Part shown: positions 37,801-49,289 of the stretch, piece by piece | How positions within the stretch are numbered: position 1 is the stretch's first letter | Layout: each line of letters starts with the position of its first letter | Origin: Bacilli bacterium | GTDB lineage: Bacteria; Bacillota_I; Bacilli_A; RFN20; CAG-631 | Direction of reading: 5' to 3' | DNA: 64,000 nt | Assembly: GCA_900754115.1 (NCBI GenBank) | Contig: CAAEBM010000052.1 | Coordinates: 10,716 to 74,715 of the forward strand | Notes under the pieces: model-generated | Seen by the model: the letters and a program-made list of their open reading frames with translations, nothing else | The model's database searches: none | Told to the model about the DNA's origin: nothing | Position numbers and translations under genes: made by a program

Positions 37801-38787
37801 ATTGATTAAAATGACTCCAGGAGCATTAATTTCTTTTAATCTTTTTAGACGAATATTTCGGGTGATAACACGACGATATAAATCATTTAAATCACTTGTT
37901 GCAAAACGTCCTCCATCTAATTGTAACATCGGTCTTAAATCAGGTGGAATGACGGGAACAACCGTTAAAACCATCCATTCTGGACGATTATTTGATTTTC
38001 TAAAAGATTCGACAACGTCAAGTCTTTTTAATAATTTTTGTCTTTTTAATTTTTGACTTTGTGTTTCTTTTAGTTCTGTTTTAATTTCTTCAAGAATTTT
38101 ATCTAAATCAACTTGTTCTAATAAAGTTTTAATGGCTTCTGCCCCCATACCAAATTCAGCACCTGTGTGTTGCGTGATAAAGGTAGCATAAGTATAAAAA
38201 TCAAATTCTTTTGAATTTTCCAAACGATTAATAATATCCGTACCACGAATATATTCTGCATCATCTTCAGAAAATCTTGAAATAATTTCTTTTACTACAG
38301 CCACAAATTTAATTCTAGCTTCTTTTTCTCCTAAAACTTCTCCTTTGTATAATAAAGAAGTAGTTCCAGGATTTAAAACAATTCTAGAAACAAAGTAGAC
38401 GACATCTTCTAATTGCTTAGCAGAAATATCTAAAATTAAAGCAATTCGACTAGGAGTTCCTCTTAAATACCAAATATGAGCCACTGGACTTGCTAATTCA
38501 ATATGTCCCATTCTTTCACGACGAACTGCTTTTGTAGTCACTTCTACTCCGCATTTTTCACATTTAATGCCTTGGAAACGAATCTTTTTATATTTTCCAC
38601 AATGACATTCATAATCTTTTGACGGACCAAAAATTCTTTCACAAAACAAACCATCCAATTCTGGCTTTTGAGACCGATAATTAATGGTTTCTGGTTTTGT
38701 CACTTCTCCATATGACCATTCTAAGATTTTTTCTGGAGAAGCCAAGCCAATTTGAATAGCAGAAAGTTTATTGATATCAATGGCCAT
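34846..38787 (-). CDS. rpoC: DNA-directed RNA polymerase subunit beta'
   Basis: [14 protein letters not shown] catalytic motif. Zn-binding [23 protein letters not shown]. 1313 aa. The ATG overlaps the rpoB stop (TAATG). Confidence 0.97.
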   Translation of the reverse strand: MAIDINKLSAIQIGLASPEKILEWSYGEVTKPETINYRSQKPELDGLFCERIFGPSKDYECHCGKYKKIRFQGIKCEKCGVEVTTKAVRRERMGHIELASPVAHIWYLRGTPSRIALILDISAKQLEDVVYFVSRIVLNPGTTSLLYKGEVLGEKEARIKFVAVVKEIISRFSEDDAEYIRGTDIINRLENSKEFDFYTYATFITQHTGAEFGMGAEAIKTLLEQVDLDKILEEIKTELKETQSQKLKRQKLLKRLDVVESFRKSNNRPEWMVLTVVPVIPPDLRPMLQLDGGRFATSDLNDLYRRVITRNIRLKRLKEINAPGVILINEKRMLQEAVDALIDNGRRSKPVLGAGGRALKSLSNTLKGKQGRFRQNLLGKRVDYSGRSVIVVGPDLKMYQCGIPREMAVQLFKPFIAAKMIAEGQVTSHKQAERLIDRQDERVWDALDNIIKDHPVLLNRAPTLHRLGIQAFEVKLVDGRAIRLHPLVCPAFNADFDGDQMAVHVPLSKDAIHEARELMIGSKNILGPKDGKPIVTPGHDMVLGNYYITLEWTKNDFYQRAAKYREDGDEMNAEKYELYGDCEGKVFANPDEAILAYQTGNIHLQTRIAILASSLDKECFTEEQKNQYLITTVGKIIFNSIYPKTLVYLNSPKDGFEKIPEKYFVPRGGNIKEIIATSELNPPFKKGDLGKIIDYVFKHYGTEETSVMLDKMKDQGFKYATVSGVTVSIDDIKVAEGKYDIIADGDKQVEQIVKFYNKGLLTDDERHNKVVKVWEKVKSEVETSLAKQLKQNNRNPFFMMSDSGARGNASNFTQLAGMRGLMSKPFKPSSRDAHKDLIKKLTQTGGKLTSAEISQLNQMSISTERAIELPIKSSFREGLTVSEFFISTHGARKTMSDTALKTAESGYLTRRLVDVAHDVIVREDDCHTDIGFEVEEIKDTKNDSIVVPFKDRLVGRYPLNNIYHPETKELIVDKDSLISEETADKIIQAGYKKIKIRSLFGCKTHNGVCRKCYGLNLATGKEVEVGEAIGTMAAQSIGEPGTQLTMRTFHTGGVTGSSDITQGLPRVQELFETRPPRGEAIISKTAGTVQSIETKDFKDGEKTVVTIKNDLDSEEYVIPFGARIRVQVGDEVKNGQKITEGPINPKQLLEVADSVEVQKYILKEVQKVYRLTGIPIGDKHIEVMIRQMLRKLIVLDGGDTDLLPGSKIDMHEFTRINRDTLIHHGRPAVAKQIILSITKASLETESFLSAASFQETTRVLTDAAVKGKVDHLTGLKENVIVGKLIPCPEVAKKEQEKALLSEENEETVEQSIV

Positions 38788-41700
38788 TAAAATTCACCTC
38801 CGTCATCAAGATTTGCTGAGATATTTAATCCACTCGCTTCTAAATCTTCAGAAAGGGTTTCAAATGTCGGATATTTATCTCGACTTTGTGCTTCTTTCAT
38901 AATATCTTTGGTTTCCATGATATTTCCTTGATCATCAAGTAAATTGACATCAATAGCCAAAGATTGCAATTCTTTTTGTAAGACTCTAAACGATTCAGGA
39001 ATTCCAGGATTAGGAATTTCTTTTCCTTTTAAGATTGCTTCATAAGCTTTCACACGTCCCACTACATCATCGGATTTAATAGTCAATATTTCTTGTAAAG
39101 TATGTGCAGCTCCATAAGCTTCTAAAGCCCATACTTCCATTTCACCAAAACGTTGACCACCATTTTGAGCTTTACCTCCAAGAGGTTGTTGTGTGACAAG
39201 TGAATAAGGACCTGTCGCACGAGCATGTAATTTATCGTCAACCATGTGTGATAGTTTAATCATATACATGACTCCGACAGAAACTTTTTCATCATATTTT
39301 TCACCGGTTTTTCCATCATAAAGAACTGTTTTTCCATCTTTTGACATACCGGCTTTATTCATCAAATCGAGCAATTCTTCATTTGAAATTCCATCAAATG
39401 AAGAAGTAGCTACTTTCATTCCTAAAGTTTTAGCAGCCATTCCTAAATGAAGTTCCAACACTTGTCCAATGTTCATTCGGCTTGGAACCCCTAAAGGATT
39501 AAGCATAATATCTACTGGTGTGCCATCTGGTAAAAAGGGCATATCTTCTTCAGGCATGATTCGTGAAATGACCCCTTTATTTCCATGACGTCCAGCCATT
39601 TTATCTCCTTCAGAAATTTTCCGTTTTTGAGCGATATAAACTCTAACGATTTGATTAACACCAGGAGCTAAATCCACTCCTCCTGTCTTCCGATTGAATA
39701 CTTTTACACCGACAACAATTCCTTCTCCACCGTGAGGAACGCGTAAAGAATTATCTTTTCCTTCTTTTGTGCGATCGCCAAAGATAGACATTAATAGTTT
39801 TTCTTCAGGAGTGGGTTCAGTTTGTCCTTTTGGTGTAATTTTTCCAACTAAAATATCGCCTTCTTTAACTTCTGAACCAGGAATAACAATTCCAAGTTCA
39901 TCTAAGTGAGCCTTTGCTTCTTCTGAAACATTGGGCACATCCCGTGTAATTTCTTCTGGACCTAATTTTGTTTCACGACATTCTGTATCGTAATCTTCAA
40001 TATGAATAGAAGTATATACATCATCTTTAACTAAACGTTGAGACATGATGACTGCATCTTCATAGTTATATCCATGCCAGGTCATAAATGCAACGACAAC
40101 ATTTTGTCCTAAAGCTAACTCTCCTTGTTCCATAGAAGGTCCATCGGCTAAAATTTCACCCTTTGCTACTTGTTGGCCCACTTTAACAATCGGGTTTTGG
40201 TTAAAACAAGTACCCGCATTAGAACGAGCAAATTTATATAATGTATAGGTACGTGGTCCTTCTTTTTCATCCACAATAATTTTTTTAGAATCGACATAAC
40301 GTACAATTCCATCTTCTTTTGCAACTACAGCAACACCAGAGTCATGTGCACTAATGTATTCAATACCTGTACCAACAATAGGTGCACTAGGACGTAAAAG
40401 AGGAATGGCTTGCCGTTGCATGTTTGCACCCATCATTGCCCGGTTTGCATCATCGTTTTCAATAAATGGAATTAATGCTGTCGGAATCGAAATGATTTGT
40501 TTAGGTGAAACATCGACATAATCGACATTTTCTTTATCCGCTAAGATATCTTCTCCACGGAAACGAGCGATAATTTTATCTTGTAAAATTTCGCCATCTT
40601 TTCCTAATTGAATGTTTGCTTGACCAATGACAAATTCGTTTTCTTCATCAGCTGATAAATAATCACATAATTCATCTTTTACAAAATGCTTTCCATTTTC
40701 GTGAACTACTTTACGGAAAGGAGTTTCAATAAATCCATATTCGTTAATTTTAGCATGACTTGCTAAATTATTAATTAATCCAATATTTGGTCCTTCTGGC
40801 GTTTCAATTGGACAAATTCGACCATAATGGGAATAGTGAACATCCCGCACTTCAAAACTAGCGCGATCACGCGAAATTCCACCAGGTCCTAATGCAGACA
40901 AACGACGTTTATTGGTAAGTTCTGCAATTGGATTGGTTTGATCCATGAATTGAGAAAGTTGTGAAGAAGAATAAAATTCTTTAATCGCAGCCGTTAACGG
41001 TCTAATGTTAATGAGATTGGTCGGTGTCATCGATTCTGTATCTGTAATGGACATTCTTTCACGAACAGAACGTTCCATTCTAGAAAGACCAATTCTGAAT
41101 TGATTTTGTAACAATTCACCAACAGCACGTACCCGACGATTACCTAAATGGTCAATGTCATCAACATCGCCAATATTATCGGCTAAATTGAGTAAATAAG
41201 AAAAAGTAGCATAAATATCAGGAACGGTAATATGCTTGTTTTTTAAATTCAAGTCTGTCCCCATGATTTGTACAACTTTTGACTTTGTTTCATCTGGGTA
41301 AACTTTGACAATATTCACTTGATTATAAGGTCCAAAATCCGTATTTACTTTTACTTCATAAGCATGGGCTCCTTTTTCAAAAAGTTCCATGTTCATGATG
41401 TTTTTGACTCTTTCTTTAGTCATATGAGTGCCTTTTTCATAAATGACTTCCCCATTGACATCGACTAAATTTTCAGCCAAATAACAATCTAAAATACGAT
41501 TATAAACACTTAATTTGCTTTTTAATTTAAAGCGTCCTGCCACGCCTAAATCATAACGTCTTTTATCAAAAAACTTTTGAAATAATAACGTTTTAGGTCC
41601 TTCTTCTGTAGCAGGTTCACCTGGTCTTAATTTAGAATGAATTTCAACCAATGCTTCACGAATGGTAGAAGCATGATCTTTTTCAAATGTATTTACAAGC

Positions 41701-42389
41701 AAAGGATTATTACCAAACAAATCACAGATATCTTCATTTGTTGGTAAACCGATTGCTCTTAACAATACAGTAGCAGGCATTTTCCGAGTACGATCAACAC
41801 GCACTTGAATTTGATCTTTGATATCACTTTCAAATTCAAGCCAAGTTCCTCTTGCTGGAATTAAGTCTGCACCATAAAGTAATTTTCCATTTTTAGTGTC
41901 CACATTCTTTTTAAAATAAGCGCCTGGAGAACGAACAAGTTGCGAAACAATAACCCGTTCAGCACCATTGATGACAAAGGTACCAGTATCTGTCATCATT
42001 GGGAAATCTCCCATATAGACTTCAGATTCTTTAATTTCTCCTGTAGTCATGTTATTTAATCGCAATAATGCGCGTAGTGGACGAGAATAAGTTAGATCTC
42101 GATTCTTACAATCAACTTCGCTGAATTTTGGTTCATCAAAACGGCATGATAAAAATTCAAGGGTTAAATCGCCTTTACTACTAGCTATTGGAAAGACATC
42201 TTGGAAAACTTCTCCAATTCCTTTTTTTAAGAACCAATCAAAAGATGATGTTTGAATTTCAATCAAATTTGGAAGGGCTAATGAACCACTAATTTTAGAG
42301 TAATTAACTCTATTTTTAGAATACTTTTGTTTTTCAAAAGTTGTTTTTATCACTTTTGTGTCACCCCTTGTTTTATTATTCGGATTCAC
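38787..42389 (-). CDS. rpoB: DNA-directed RNA polymerase subunit beta
   Basis: [19 protein letters not shown]-terminal signature. 1200 aa as given in the track. The true start is more likely the GTG at 42351-42353, which has AAGGGGTGA 8 nt upstream and removes a 14-nt overlap with the upstream gene. Confidence 0.95.
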   Translation of the reverse strand: MNPNNKTRGDTKVIKTTFEKQKYSKNRVNYSKISGSLALPNLIEIQTSSFDWFLKKGIGEVFQDVFPIASSKGDLTLEFLSCRFDEPKFSEVDCKNRDLTYSRPLRALLRLNNMTTGEIKESEVYMGDFPMMTDTGTFVINGAERVIVSQLVRSPGAYFKKNVDTKNGKLLYGADLIPARGTWLEFESDIKDQIQVRVDRTRKMPATVLLRAIGLPTNEDICDLFGNNPLLVNTFEKDHASTIREALVEIHSKLRPGEPATEEGPKTLLFQKFFDKRRYDLGVAGRFKLKSKLSVYNRILDCYLAENLVDVNGEVIYEKGTHMTKERVKNIMNMELFEKGAHAYEVKVNTDFGPYNQVNIVKVYPDETKSKVVQIMGTDLNLKNKHITVPDIYATFSYLLNLADNIGDVDDIDHLGNRRVRAVGELLQNQFRIGLSRMERSVRERMSITDTESMTPTNLINIRPLTAAIKEFYSSSQLSQFMDQTNPIAELTNKRRLSALGPGGISRDRASFEVRDVHYSHYGRICPIETPEGPNIGLINNLASHAKINEYGFIETPFRKVVHENGKHFVKDELCDYLSADEENEFVIGQANIQLGKDGEILQDKIIARFRGEDILADKENVDYVDVSPKQIISIPTALIPFIENDDANRAMMGANMQRQAIPLLRPSAPIVGTGIEYISAHDSGVAVVAKEDGIVRYVDSKKIIVDEKEGPRTYTLYKFARSNAGTCFNQNPIVKVGQQVAKGEILADGPSMEQGELALGQNVVVAFMTWHGYNYEDAVIMSQRLVKDDVYTSIHIEDYDTECRETKLGPEEITRDVPNVSEEAKAHLDELGIVIPGSEVKEGDILVGKITPKGQTEPTPEEKLLMSIFGDRTKEGKDNSLRVPHGGEGIVVGVKVFNRKTGGVDLAPGVNQIVRVYIAQKRKISEGDKMAGRHGNKGVISRIMPEEDMPFLPDGTPVDIMLNPLGVPSRMNIGQVLELHLGMAAKTLGMKVATSSFDGISNEELLDLMNKAGMSKDGKTVLYDGKTGEKYDEKVSVGVMYMIKLSHMVDDKLHARATGPYSLVTQQPLGGKAQNGGQRFGEMEVWALEAYGAAHTLQEILTIKSDDVVGRVKAYEAILKGKEIPNPGIPESFRVLQKELQSLAIDVNLLDDQGNIMETKDIMKEAQSRDKYPTFETLSEDLEASGLNISANLDDGGEF

Positions 42390-42987
42390 AGTTTTCTTTT
42401 GTTGCTTGCAGAATCCAATATCCTTTATGCTTTAAAACAACACGCACCTGTTTAAATATTTCAAGCAACTTTTTTTGGGCACTTAAAGCACCTAAATCTT
42501 TTTTTATAACAATCCATAATTCGCCCTGATGTTTTAAATGATAAAATGCATCTAAAAACATGGAATAAATAACTTTTTTTCCTGCACGAATTGGTGGATT
42601 CATTACAATAGTATCAAAAATCTTTTTTACATTTGTAAATCCATCACTTAAATAAACTTCTGCATTACTTAAATGAAAATTTTTTGCATTTTTTAAAGTT
42701 AATTCTATTGCTCTAGGATTCACATCTATCAAATCAACCTGTTGACATTTTTTAAAATAAGACAATGTCAATCCAATGACTCCATATCCACAACCAACAT
42801 CTAATAACGTCTCAACAGATGGCTGCTTTAATAATTCTAAAATTAAAAGATACGAGCCAAAATCGATTTCATTTTTTGAAAAAACTCCTATATCGGTAAG
42901 GAAAGATAGTTTTTCATTGCCGATATAGGCATTAATTTGTTTCGGTTTGCTTTGTAAAGAAGGATCAAAATCATAATAATGACTCAT
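42376..42987 (-). CDS. class I SAM-dependent methyltransferase, YbxB-like (methyltransferase small domain)
   Basis: [13 protein letters not shown] motif I and VMNPP motif IV. Occupies the conserved rplL-ybxB-rpoB position seen in Bacillus. Confidence 0.75.
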   Translation of the reverse strand: MSHYYDFDPSLQSKPKQINAYIGNEKLSFLTDIGVFSKNEIDFGSYLLILELLKQPSVETLLDVGCGYGVIGLTLSYFKKCQQVDLIDVNPRAIELTLKNAKNFHLSNAEVYLSDGFTNVKKIFDTIVMNPPIRAGKKVIYSMFLDAFYHLKHQGELWIVIKKDLGALSAQKKLLEIFKQVRVVLKHKGYWILQATKENCESE

Positions 42988-43002
42988 GTTTTCACTCCTT
43001 TA

Positions 43003-43041
43003 AAAAATGCGAAAAACCCGCCTATCAAAAAGCAGGTTTAA
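43003..43041 (-). terminator. intrinsic terminator/attenuator after rplL
   Basis: Minus strand AAACCUGC-UUUUUGAUAG-GCGGGUUU followed by UUCGCAUUUUUU. Confidence 0.55.
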
Positions 43042-43063
43042 AGATGAGAAAGTAAAAGTTAAA

Positions 43064-43441
43064 TTACTTAACTTCAACTTCAGCACCTTGTTCAACAAGT
43101 TGTGCTTTAATTGCTTCAGCTTGTTCAGGTGTAATTTTTTCTTTTAATAAAGCAGGTAATGTATCACATAATTTTTTAGCTTCTAAAAGTCCTTTTTCAG
43201 TAATTGCTTGAACAGCTTTAATTACAGGAATTTTAGCTTGTCCAACGCTAACTAAATAGACTGAAACTTCTTTTGGTCCTTCAGCAACTTCTTCAGCTGG
43301 AGCAGCAGCAGCTGCAGCAGCAACTGGAGCAGCAGCAGTAACACCAAAAGCTTCTTCGATTGCTTTTACTAATTCATTGACTTCTAAAATTGTCATTTCT
43401 TTTAATGATTCAATTACTTGTTCATTTGTTAATTTTGCCAT
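43064..43441 (-). CDS. rplL: 50S ribosomal protein L7/L12
   Basis: Ala-rich hinge [16 protein letters not shown]-terminal [12 protein letters not shown]...[19 protein letters not shown]. Confidence 0.97.
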   Translation of the reverse strand: MAKLTNEQVIESLKEMTILEVNELVKAIEEAFGVTAAAPVAAAAAAAPAEEVAEGPKEVSVYLVSVGQAKIPVIKAVQAITEKGLLEAKKLCDTLPALLKEKITPEQAEAIKAQLVEQGAEVEVK

Positions 43442-43464
43442 TTTTTATTCCTCCTATAAATTTT

Positions 43465-43962
43465 TTATGCATCGGCATTTTCTTTTTGTGCTGCAACTTC
43501 TTTAACAGCATAAGCAAATTTCGTTAATGGAGATTGTAAACATCCCAATAACATAGAAATGAGTGTTGGTTTTGTAGGTAATTTTGCAATGGATTGCATT
43601 TGATTAGCATCCACAATTTGCGATTCTACAATTCCACCTTTAACGACTAAATTTGGATTTTTCTTTGCAAATTTGTAAAGCAAATTAGGTACACTGACTG
43701 GATCTTGAGTCGCACTGACAAAAGCATTTGGTCCGCTTAACATTTCATCCAATTCATAACCATTTTCCTTTGCTGCTCTTGAAACTAAATTGTTCTTATA
43801 AACCGTGAATTTTCCACCGATTTTTGCTAAATCACGACGTAAAGTCATCAATTGAGCAACATTTAATCCGCGATATTCAACGACTACATAAGATTGAGAA
43901 TTCTTAATTTCAGTAGCAATTTCAGAAACAATTTGCGCTTTTTTTGCAATGATTTCTTTCAT
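43465..43962 (-). CDS. rplJ: 50S ribosomal protein L10
   Basis: 165 aa, typical L10 N-terminus. Lies upstream of rplL. Confidence 0.95.
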   Translation of the reverse strand: MKEIIAKKAQIVSEIATEIKNSQSYVVVEYRGLNVAQLMTLRRDLAKIGGKFTVYKNNLVSRAAKENGYELDEMLSGPNAFVSATQDPVSVPNLLYKFAKKNPNLVVKGGIVESQIVDANQMQSIAKLPTKPTLISMLLGCLQSPLTKFAYAVKEVAAQKENADA

Positions 43963-44108
43963 TCTTGCACCTCCTGTTTAATTTATTAAACAATACGCAC
44001 TAAAAATTTATAGAAAATTCATTGAATTTAAAAACTTTTGTATTTTCACCTCGGCAACAAATTAAGCTTGTTAGCAGTTGCTTTCTAGGGCGTATTGAAC
44101 AACCAAAA
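43963..44108 (-). promoter_or_regulatory. probable L10 (rplJL) leader RNA region
   Basis: 146-nt untranslated spacer between rplA and rplJ, where Firmicutes carry the L10 leader autoregulatory structure. Assigned by position only. Confidence 0.35.
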
Positions 44109-44795
44109 TTAGAATGTAGAAAAATCAACTTTGATGCCAGGACCCATTGTAGTAGTCACGGCAACATTTTTAATATAATTTCCTTTAATTGTAGAAGGTT
44201 TAGCTTTTACAATTGCATCTTTTAAAACTTTAAAATTATCAATTAATTTTTGCGCATCAAAGGATGCACGACCAATACAAACATTGATATTTCCTTGTTT
44301 GTCTACACGATAAGCCACTTTACCAGCTTTGATTTCTGTAACTGCTTTTGCAATATCAGGATTGACTGTTCCTGTTTTAGGATTAGGCATTAAACCTTTA
44401 GGACCTAAAACACGTCCAAGTTTTCCAAGTTCTCCCATCATATCAGGAGTAGCAACGATGACATCAAAATCAAACCAGTTTTCTTTGCTAATTTTTTCAA
44501 GCATTTCTTTGCCACCGACAAAATCAGCACCAGCTGCTTCAGCAGCCTTTACATCATTTGTAATCGCAAGAACTTTTTTTGTTTTTCCAGTTCCGTGTGG
44601 TAAAACAATTGCCCCACGAACTTGTTGTTCTGCATAACGTGGGTCGACATTTAAACGAAAAGATACATCAACAGAAGCGTCAAATTTTGTAATAGAAGTT
44701 TTTCCAACTAAATTTAATGCTTCTTCATATTGATAAGCTTTTGTTTGATCAATTAATTTTACAGCTTCTAAATATTTTTTTCCTCTTTTTGCCAT
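44109..44795 (-). CDS. rplA: 50S ribosomal protein L1
   Basis: 228 aa. [16 protein letters not shown]... is a typical L1 N-terminus. Confidence 0.97.
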   Translation of the reverse strand: MAKRGKKYLEAVKLIDQTKAYQYEEALNLVGKTSITKFDASVDVSFRLNVDPRYAEQQVRGAIVLPHGTGKTKKVLAITNDVKAAEAAGADFVGGKEMLEKISKENWFDFDVIVATPDMMGELGKLGRVLGPKGLMPNPKTGTVNPDIAKAVTEIKAGKVAYRVDKQGNINVCIGRASFDAQKLIDNFKVLKDAIVKAKPSTIKGNYIKNVAVTTTMGPGIKVDFSTF

Positions 44796-44808
44796 TTTCA
44801 GTACCTCC

Positions 44809-45219
44809 CTATTCTACTTCAATACCCATATTACGGGCTGTACCTTCGACAATTTTACAAGCTGCTTCTACATCATTAGCATTTAAATCAGGCATTTTGT
44901 ATTCCGCAATTTTGCGAATTTCTTCTTTTGAAATTTTCGCTACTTTTACTTTATTTGGCGTTCCTGATCCCTTTTTAATGTTTGTAGCTTTTTTTAATAA
45001 ATCAGCAGTTGGAGTTGTCTTTAAAACAAAAGTAAAACTTTTGTCTTCGTAAGCAGTAATAATAACTGGTACGATATCTCCTGCTCTGTCTCGAGTTTGA
45101 TCATTAAACTCTTGACAAAATTTTGGCATCAAAATTCCAGCTGATGCTAATGCTGGTCCCGGCTTTGCTTGTCCGGCTGGGATTTGTAATTTTACAACCT
45201 TTGCGACTTTTTTACTCAC
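44809..45219 (-). CDS. rplK: 50S ribosomal protein L11 (start revised to the second GTG)
   Basis: [22 protein letters not shown] is the L11 signature. The track's start (GTG at 45226-45228) abuts the SD with no spacer. The GTG at 45217-45219 gives AGGAGGTG-N8-GTG and an [13 protein letters not shown]-terminus. Confidence 0.9.
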   Translation of the reverse strand: MSKKVAKVVKLQIPAGQAKPGPALASAGILMPKFCQEFNDQTRDRAGDIVPVIITAYEDKSFTFVLKTTPTADLLKKATNIKKGSGTPNKVKVAKISKEEIRKIAEYKMPDLNANDVEAACKIVEGTARNMGIEVE

Positions 45220-45418
45220 GTGACGCACCTCCTATTTTTCCCGTGTCGTGGTGATAATGAATGAAATATTCTTCCACTACGACGCAAAAGTTTCGCGTAT
45301 GCACACACATACGCTATGATATTATACAATACTTGCCATCTTTTTTTCAATAGTTATTTTAATTTTTTTCAAATGTTTACAAAACAAAAAGAAAAAAACT
45401 TTATCGCTAAAGTTTTTT

Positions 45419-46003
45419 CTAATTATATTTTTCAATATCGTTAATACTTACTTGAACATTGTTTTCTCTACCAAAGAAAACAGTTGAAATATTTACTAAA
45501 CCTTTTTCTTTATCAATAGCGGTTATAGTAGAAATTTGATCTGCTAATGGGCCATTTACTACTCGAATTGTATCGCCCACTTCATATTCATTAAAGTAAG
45601 ATGCATCTACCAATCCCATACGTTTTAATACGGTTTCAATTTCTTCTTTTGAAACAGGGAATGGTTTTGTTCCTTTTCCTGATGAACCAATAAATCCCGT
45701 TACACCCGGCGTATTTCTAACGACATACCACGCTTCATCCGTCATATACATTTCAATAAATATATATCCTGGATACATATTTTTCATTTTTGTTTTTCCC
45801 GTAGGAATGCCATTTTTCTTTACAGGTTCTTCATATTCAGCAACGATGACTCTAAAGATATAATCTTGCATATTCATCGTTTCAATTCTTCTTAAAATAT
45901 TGTCTTTTACTTTGTTTTCATGACTTGCATAGGTATTGACCACATACCAATTTTTGTCTAATTGTTCCATCTTTTTAAACCTGCTTTCTTTACATATATT
46001 CAA
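45419..46003 (-). CDS. nusG: transcription termination/antitermination factor NusG
   Basis: NGN domain (WYVVNTYASHENKV) and KOW motif (GDTIRVVNGPLADQISTI). Confidence 0.95.
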   Translation of the reverse strand: MNICKESRFKKMEQLDKNWYVVNTYASHENKVKDNILRRIETMNMQDYIFRVIVAEYEEPVKKNGIPTGKTKMKNMYPGYIFIEMYMTDEAWYVVRNTPGVTGFIGSSGKGTKPFPVSKEEIETVLKRMGLVDASYFNEYEVGDTIRVVNGPLADQISTITAIDKEKGLVNISTVFFGRENNVQVSINDIEKYN

Positions 46004-46208
46004 TTGCTTTTAAAATAGATTGAGCAATGACATAACCTGCACTAAAGAACAAACCAAAAAAGACACAGAAAACTAAAACCGTTGATGTATTTTCATACAT
46101 ACTTTTTTTATTGGGCCAACGCACCTTTTTTCCTTCACGAACGACACCTTTAAAAAATAATCCAATTGAAGAAAACATTCTTTTGAAAAATCTACCTATT
46201 TTTTTCAT
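45990..46208 (-). CDS. secE: preprotein translocase subunit SecE
   Basis: 72 aa, single C-terminal TM helix. Conserved position between rpmG and nusG. SD AGGAGG upstream. Confidence 0.85.
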   Translation of the reverse strand: MKKIGRFFKRMFSSIGLFFKGVVREGKKVRWPNKKSMYENTSTVLVFCVFFGLFFSAGYVIAQSILKAIEYM

Positions 46209-46223
46209 TTGCGAAACAACCTC

Positions 46224-46373
46224 CTATTTACTTTGCTTATGGATTGTATACTTATTACACTTTGGGCAAAATTTTTTAATTTCAAAACGAGTAGTTGATA
46301 CTGCTTTTTTCCTTGTCGTCGTATAATTCCGAGAGAGACATTCTTCACAAACTAAAATCATCTTTTCTCTCAT
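46224..46373 (-). CDS. rpmG: 50S ribosomal protein L33 (49 aa; missed by the ORF track because it is under 60 aa)
   Basis: Translation [49 protein letters not shown] carries the L33 C-x2-C ... C-x2-C pattern and the conserved RNY / KKxCPxC blocks. Confidence 0.85.
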   Translation of the reverse strand: MREKMILVCEECLSRNYTTTRKKAVSTTRFEIKKFCPKCNKYTIHKQSK

Positions 46374-46416
46374 TTATACCACACTCCACTTTACAATTTT
46401 ACTATAAGTAAAAAGA

Positions 46417-47058
46417 TTAGTCAATTGTAATTTTATGTCCCTCTTTGTTTTTATTTTCTTGATCCATTTTTTTACGAATTTTTAATTTTGCACGATTTAG
46501 ATAGTTTCTAACTTGTTTAGGGGTCATTTTAAATTCTTTTGCGATTTCATTTGTACTCACACCATTTTCATACCAATGAAAAAAAGTCCACTCTTTTTCA
46601 TTTAAAAATTGTTGTGAATACTGGTATTGTTCTTCTAATTCTTGCATTTGATAAGCAAGAATAGGATCGGTTGTATAATAGGTACTGCTTAAGATATCTT
46701 GCATATTCATCTTATTTAATTCATCCATTGGTTCATCTAAAGATAAGGCTTGATAATGCATTTTTTCTGAAGGAGAAAAATAGTTTTTTAAAAGTCTTGC
46801 CGCACATCGCTTCAAGCAAATGTATAAATATGAAAAAAAATTTCCTTTTGTTTCTACATAAGAATCAATACATTTGATAAAAGTGATAATTAACTCTTGA
46901 TAAACATCATTTTTATCCAACAAATAACAAATTTCAAGTAATTCTTTTTCAATCGTTTTCACTGCTCCCATATGCTTTTTTAAAAGAATTTCCAAAGCTT
47001 TTTGTTCTCCACAACGGTACAAATAAATCAGTTCATAGTCATTCCATTGTTTATCCAT
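46417..47058 (-). CDS. sigH: sigma-70-family sigma factor, SigH-like by synteny (cysS-rlmB-sigH-rpmG-secE-nusG)
   Basis: 213 aa. Region-2-like N-terminus and a region-4 HTH (STNEIAKEFKMTPKQVRNYLNRAKLKIRK). Position matches B. subtilis sigH. Confidence 0.6.
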   Translation of the reverse strand: MDKQWNDYELIYLYRCGEQKALEILLKKHMGAVKTIEKELLEICYLLDKNDVYQELIITFIKCIDSYVETKGNFFSYLYICLKRCAARLLKNYFSPSEKMHYQALSLDEPMDELNKMNMQDILSSTYYTTDPILAYQMQELEEQYQYSQQFLNEKEWTFFHWYENGVSTNEIAKEFKMTPKQVRNYLNRAKLKIRKKMDQENKNKEGHKITID

Positions 47059-47140
47059 CCCATCACCACAATAATTGTCCCATATTTTGATAAAAAATGT
47101 GTCTCAACTTTCTTTTAAATTTTTATCAAAAAAAGGCCAA

Positions 47141-47878
47141 TTACTGGCGCTTTTGATTTTGTATGTGAGCTAATAAAATTGCTGTAGCTACCGATACATT
47201 TAACGAATTCACTTTTCCAACCATCGGAATATAGACGTTAAAATCGGATTGTTTTTTTACTAACTGAGAAATTCCAAACCCTTCAGAACCGACAACTAAA
47301 ACCAAGGGCATATGATAATCAATGGTATGATAATCTACTCCTTGATAAGCTTCGGCTGAAACAATCCAAAACCCTTTCTTTTTTAAGTCAATTAAAGTTT
47401 GTGTTAAATTGGTCACTTGAATGATTTTAACATTTGCCAAAGCCCCTGTAGAAACTTTGGCAACCGTCGCATTAATGGGAGCTTGATGATGTTTTTTTAA
47501 AAGAATTGCATCCACTTGGAAAGCTTCAACCGTACGAATAATAGCTCCTAAATTGTGAGGGTCTTCAATTCCATCTAACATTAACAAGGTGGGATTTTGA
47601 GCAAGATCAATATCTTTTAATGTATTTTGGTAAGACGCATAGGTAAAATCTTTTATTTTTGCAACCATTCCTTGATGACGTGCATTGTCAGTCAAACGAT
47701 CTAAAAAATCTTTTTTCTTTTCTATTACAGGAATATTTTTTTGCAGGGCTTGTTTTTGTATACTTTGGTCTTTTAATCCTATTTCTATATAAATTTCTAG
47801 CACTTGATTAGCATCTAAAAAAGCAGCTACGGTATTTTTCCCAAAAATATATTCCATTTTATAAAATTCCTCTTTCAA
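47141..47878 (-). CDS. rlmB: SpoU/TrmH-family 23S rRNA 2'-O-methyltransferase (RlmB/YacO-like)
   Basis: GIEDPHNLGAIIRT and later SPOUT-knot motifs. Conserved position after cysS. The annotated start overlaps cysS by 20 nt, so an internal ATG (MEYIFGKN) is possible. Confidence 0.8.
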   Translation of the reverse strand: MKEEFYKMEYIFGKNTVAAFLDANQVLEIYIEIGLKDQSIQKQALQKNIPVIEKKKDFLDRLTDNARHQGMVAKIKDFTYASYQNTLKDIDLAQNPTLLMLDGIEDPHNLGAIIRTVEAFQVDAILLKKHHQAPINATVAKVSTGALANVKIIQVTNLTQTLIDLKKKGFWIVSAEAYQGVDYHTIDYHMPLVLVVGSEGFGISQLVKKQSDFNVYIPMVGKVNSLNVSVATAILLAHIQNQKRQ

Positions 47879-49211
47879 TCAATTCTTTTCTTACTTGATC
47901 TGCTTTTTCAAAAGATTGATTTTGCTTTAACTCATTCCAATAAAGCACGAGTTGTTTTTCATCCTCTGTAAAAACTTTTGTGACTTCTTGCATTCCTAAA
48001 ATGGATAACATTTGATTACAAGTTTTAAATGCCTTTGCAAGTTCTTCAAATTGTATCATTTTTTGTCGTAATGCTGTATTTAAAACTTTAATTTCTTCAA
48101 ATAGAATCGTAATGGCAAGCGAAGTATTTAAATCATCAGCCAAAGCGTTTAAAAAGTTTTCATATTTTTCTTGATGAATCGCCATAGCATATTTTTGACC
48201 TTCCATTTGTAATTTTAAATTTGCTTGCTTTAAAGGAGTATACACTTTATTTAACTCTGCTATCGCATTTTTAAAGCCTTCATCACTAAAATTAATAGGG
48301 GCACGATAATGAGTGCTATTCATCACCCAACGCAAGACATTTCCTCCATATTGTTCAATTAAATCTTTAGCCAATATAAAGTTGTTTAACGATTTTGACA
48401 TCTTTTCATCATTGATATTGACCATCCCGTTGTGCATCCAAATATCTGCCAAAGGATGATGGCAATAGGCATAGGCTTGGGCTTGTTCATTTTCATGATG
48501 AGGGAATTTTAAATCCATTCCTCCACCATGAATATGAACATGTGTATTGTGCGTCAATTTAGAAATCATGACAACACATTCTGTATGCCATCCTGGACGA
48601 CCGACAGACCAAGGAGATTCCCAACGAATTCCATCCGTTGTCTTTTTCCACAAAGTAAAATCGAGTGGATTTTCTTTTTTATCATTTTCTTCAATGCGAG
48701 CACCAACTTTTAAATCTTCGATATTTCGATTGGATATTTCGCCATATTCTTGAATTTTATTTACGCGAAAATAAACATCGCCATCCATGACATAAGCAAA
48801 ATCTGTTTTTACTAATTGTTCAATAAAAGCAATAATTGCCTCCATGTTTTCGGTTACTTTTGGTGTATAATCAGGAGCAAAAACATTTAAATCTTGACGT
48901 AATTGTTGATAAGCTTGAATGTATTTTTTAGTCAATTCTTCTTCGGTAAGATTTTCTTTTTTTGCAGCTTGAATAATTTTATCGTCAACATCGGTATAAT
49001 TTGAAATATAAACAACATCATAGCCACAAGCTTTTAAAGTTCTTCTTAAAGTATCAAAAACCATTAAAGGCCTTGCATTCCCAATGTGGGCATGATTATA
49101 AACCGTGGGTCCACAGACATAAAGGTATGTTTTATTATTTTCATCCATTTTCACTTCTCGTAATTGTTTACTTCGGCTATCATATAAATGAACTGGAATC
49201 ATTTTTATCAC
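47859..49211 (-). CDS. cysS: cysteine--tRNA ligase
   Basis: HIGH motif (CGPTVYNHAHIGNARP), KMSKS and Zn-binding cysteines. 450 aa. Confidence 0.95.
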   Translation of the reverse strand: MIKMIPVHLYDSRSKQLREVKMDENNKTYLYVCGPTVYNHAHIGNARPLMVFDTLRRTLKACGYDVVYISNYTDVDDKIIQAAKKENLTEEELTKKYIQAYQQLRQDLNVFAPDYTPKVTENMEAIIAFIEQLVKTDFAYVMDGDVYFRVNKIQEYGEISNRNIEDLKVGARIEENDKKENPLDFTLWKKTTDGIRWESPWSVGRPGWHTECVVMISKLTHNTHVHIHGGGMDLKFPHHENEQAQAYAYCHHPLADIWMHNGMVNINDEKMSKSLNNFILAKDLIEQYGGNVLRWVMNSTHYRAPINFSDEGFKNAIAELNKVYTPLKQANLKLQMEGQKYAMAIHQEKYENFLNALADDLNTSLAITILFEEIKVLNTALRQKMIQFEELAKAFKTCNQMLSILGMQEVTKVFTEDEKQLVLYWNELKQNQSFEKADQVRKELIERGIL

Positions 49212-49262
49212 ATCACTTTCTTTACTATTATATCAAATATCGTACAAAAGAAAAACTAAAAA

Positions 49263-49289
49263 CTTCCGCTTTAAAACGGAAGTTCACTT
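49263..49289 (-). terminator. intrinsic terminator at the end of the hydrogenase operon
   Basis: Minus strand AACUUCCG-UUUUAAAG-CGGAAGUU followed by UUUUAGUUUUUC. Confidence 0.65.

Noticed and set aside
35573-38056. Several 60-120-aa ORFs inside or antisense to rpoC (35573..35764, 36535..36723, 37697..38056), and similar ones inside rplA/rplK (44329..44637, 44717..45052) and cysS (48528..48753)
   Set aside because: They are embedded in, or antisense to, highly conserved essential genes. These are typical frame-shadow ORFs.
42341-42529. 62-aa plus-strand ORF at the rpoB/ybxB junction
   Set aside because: Antisense to two coding genes, with no RBS.
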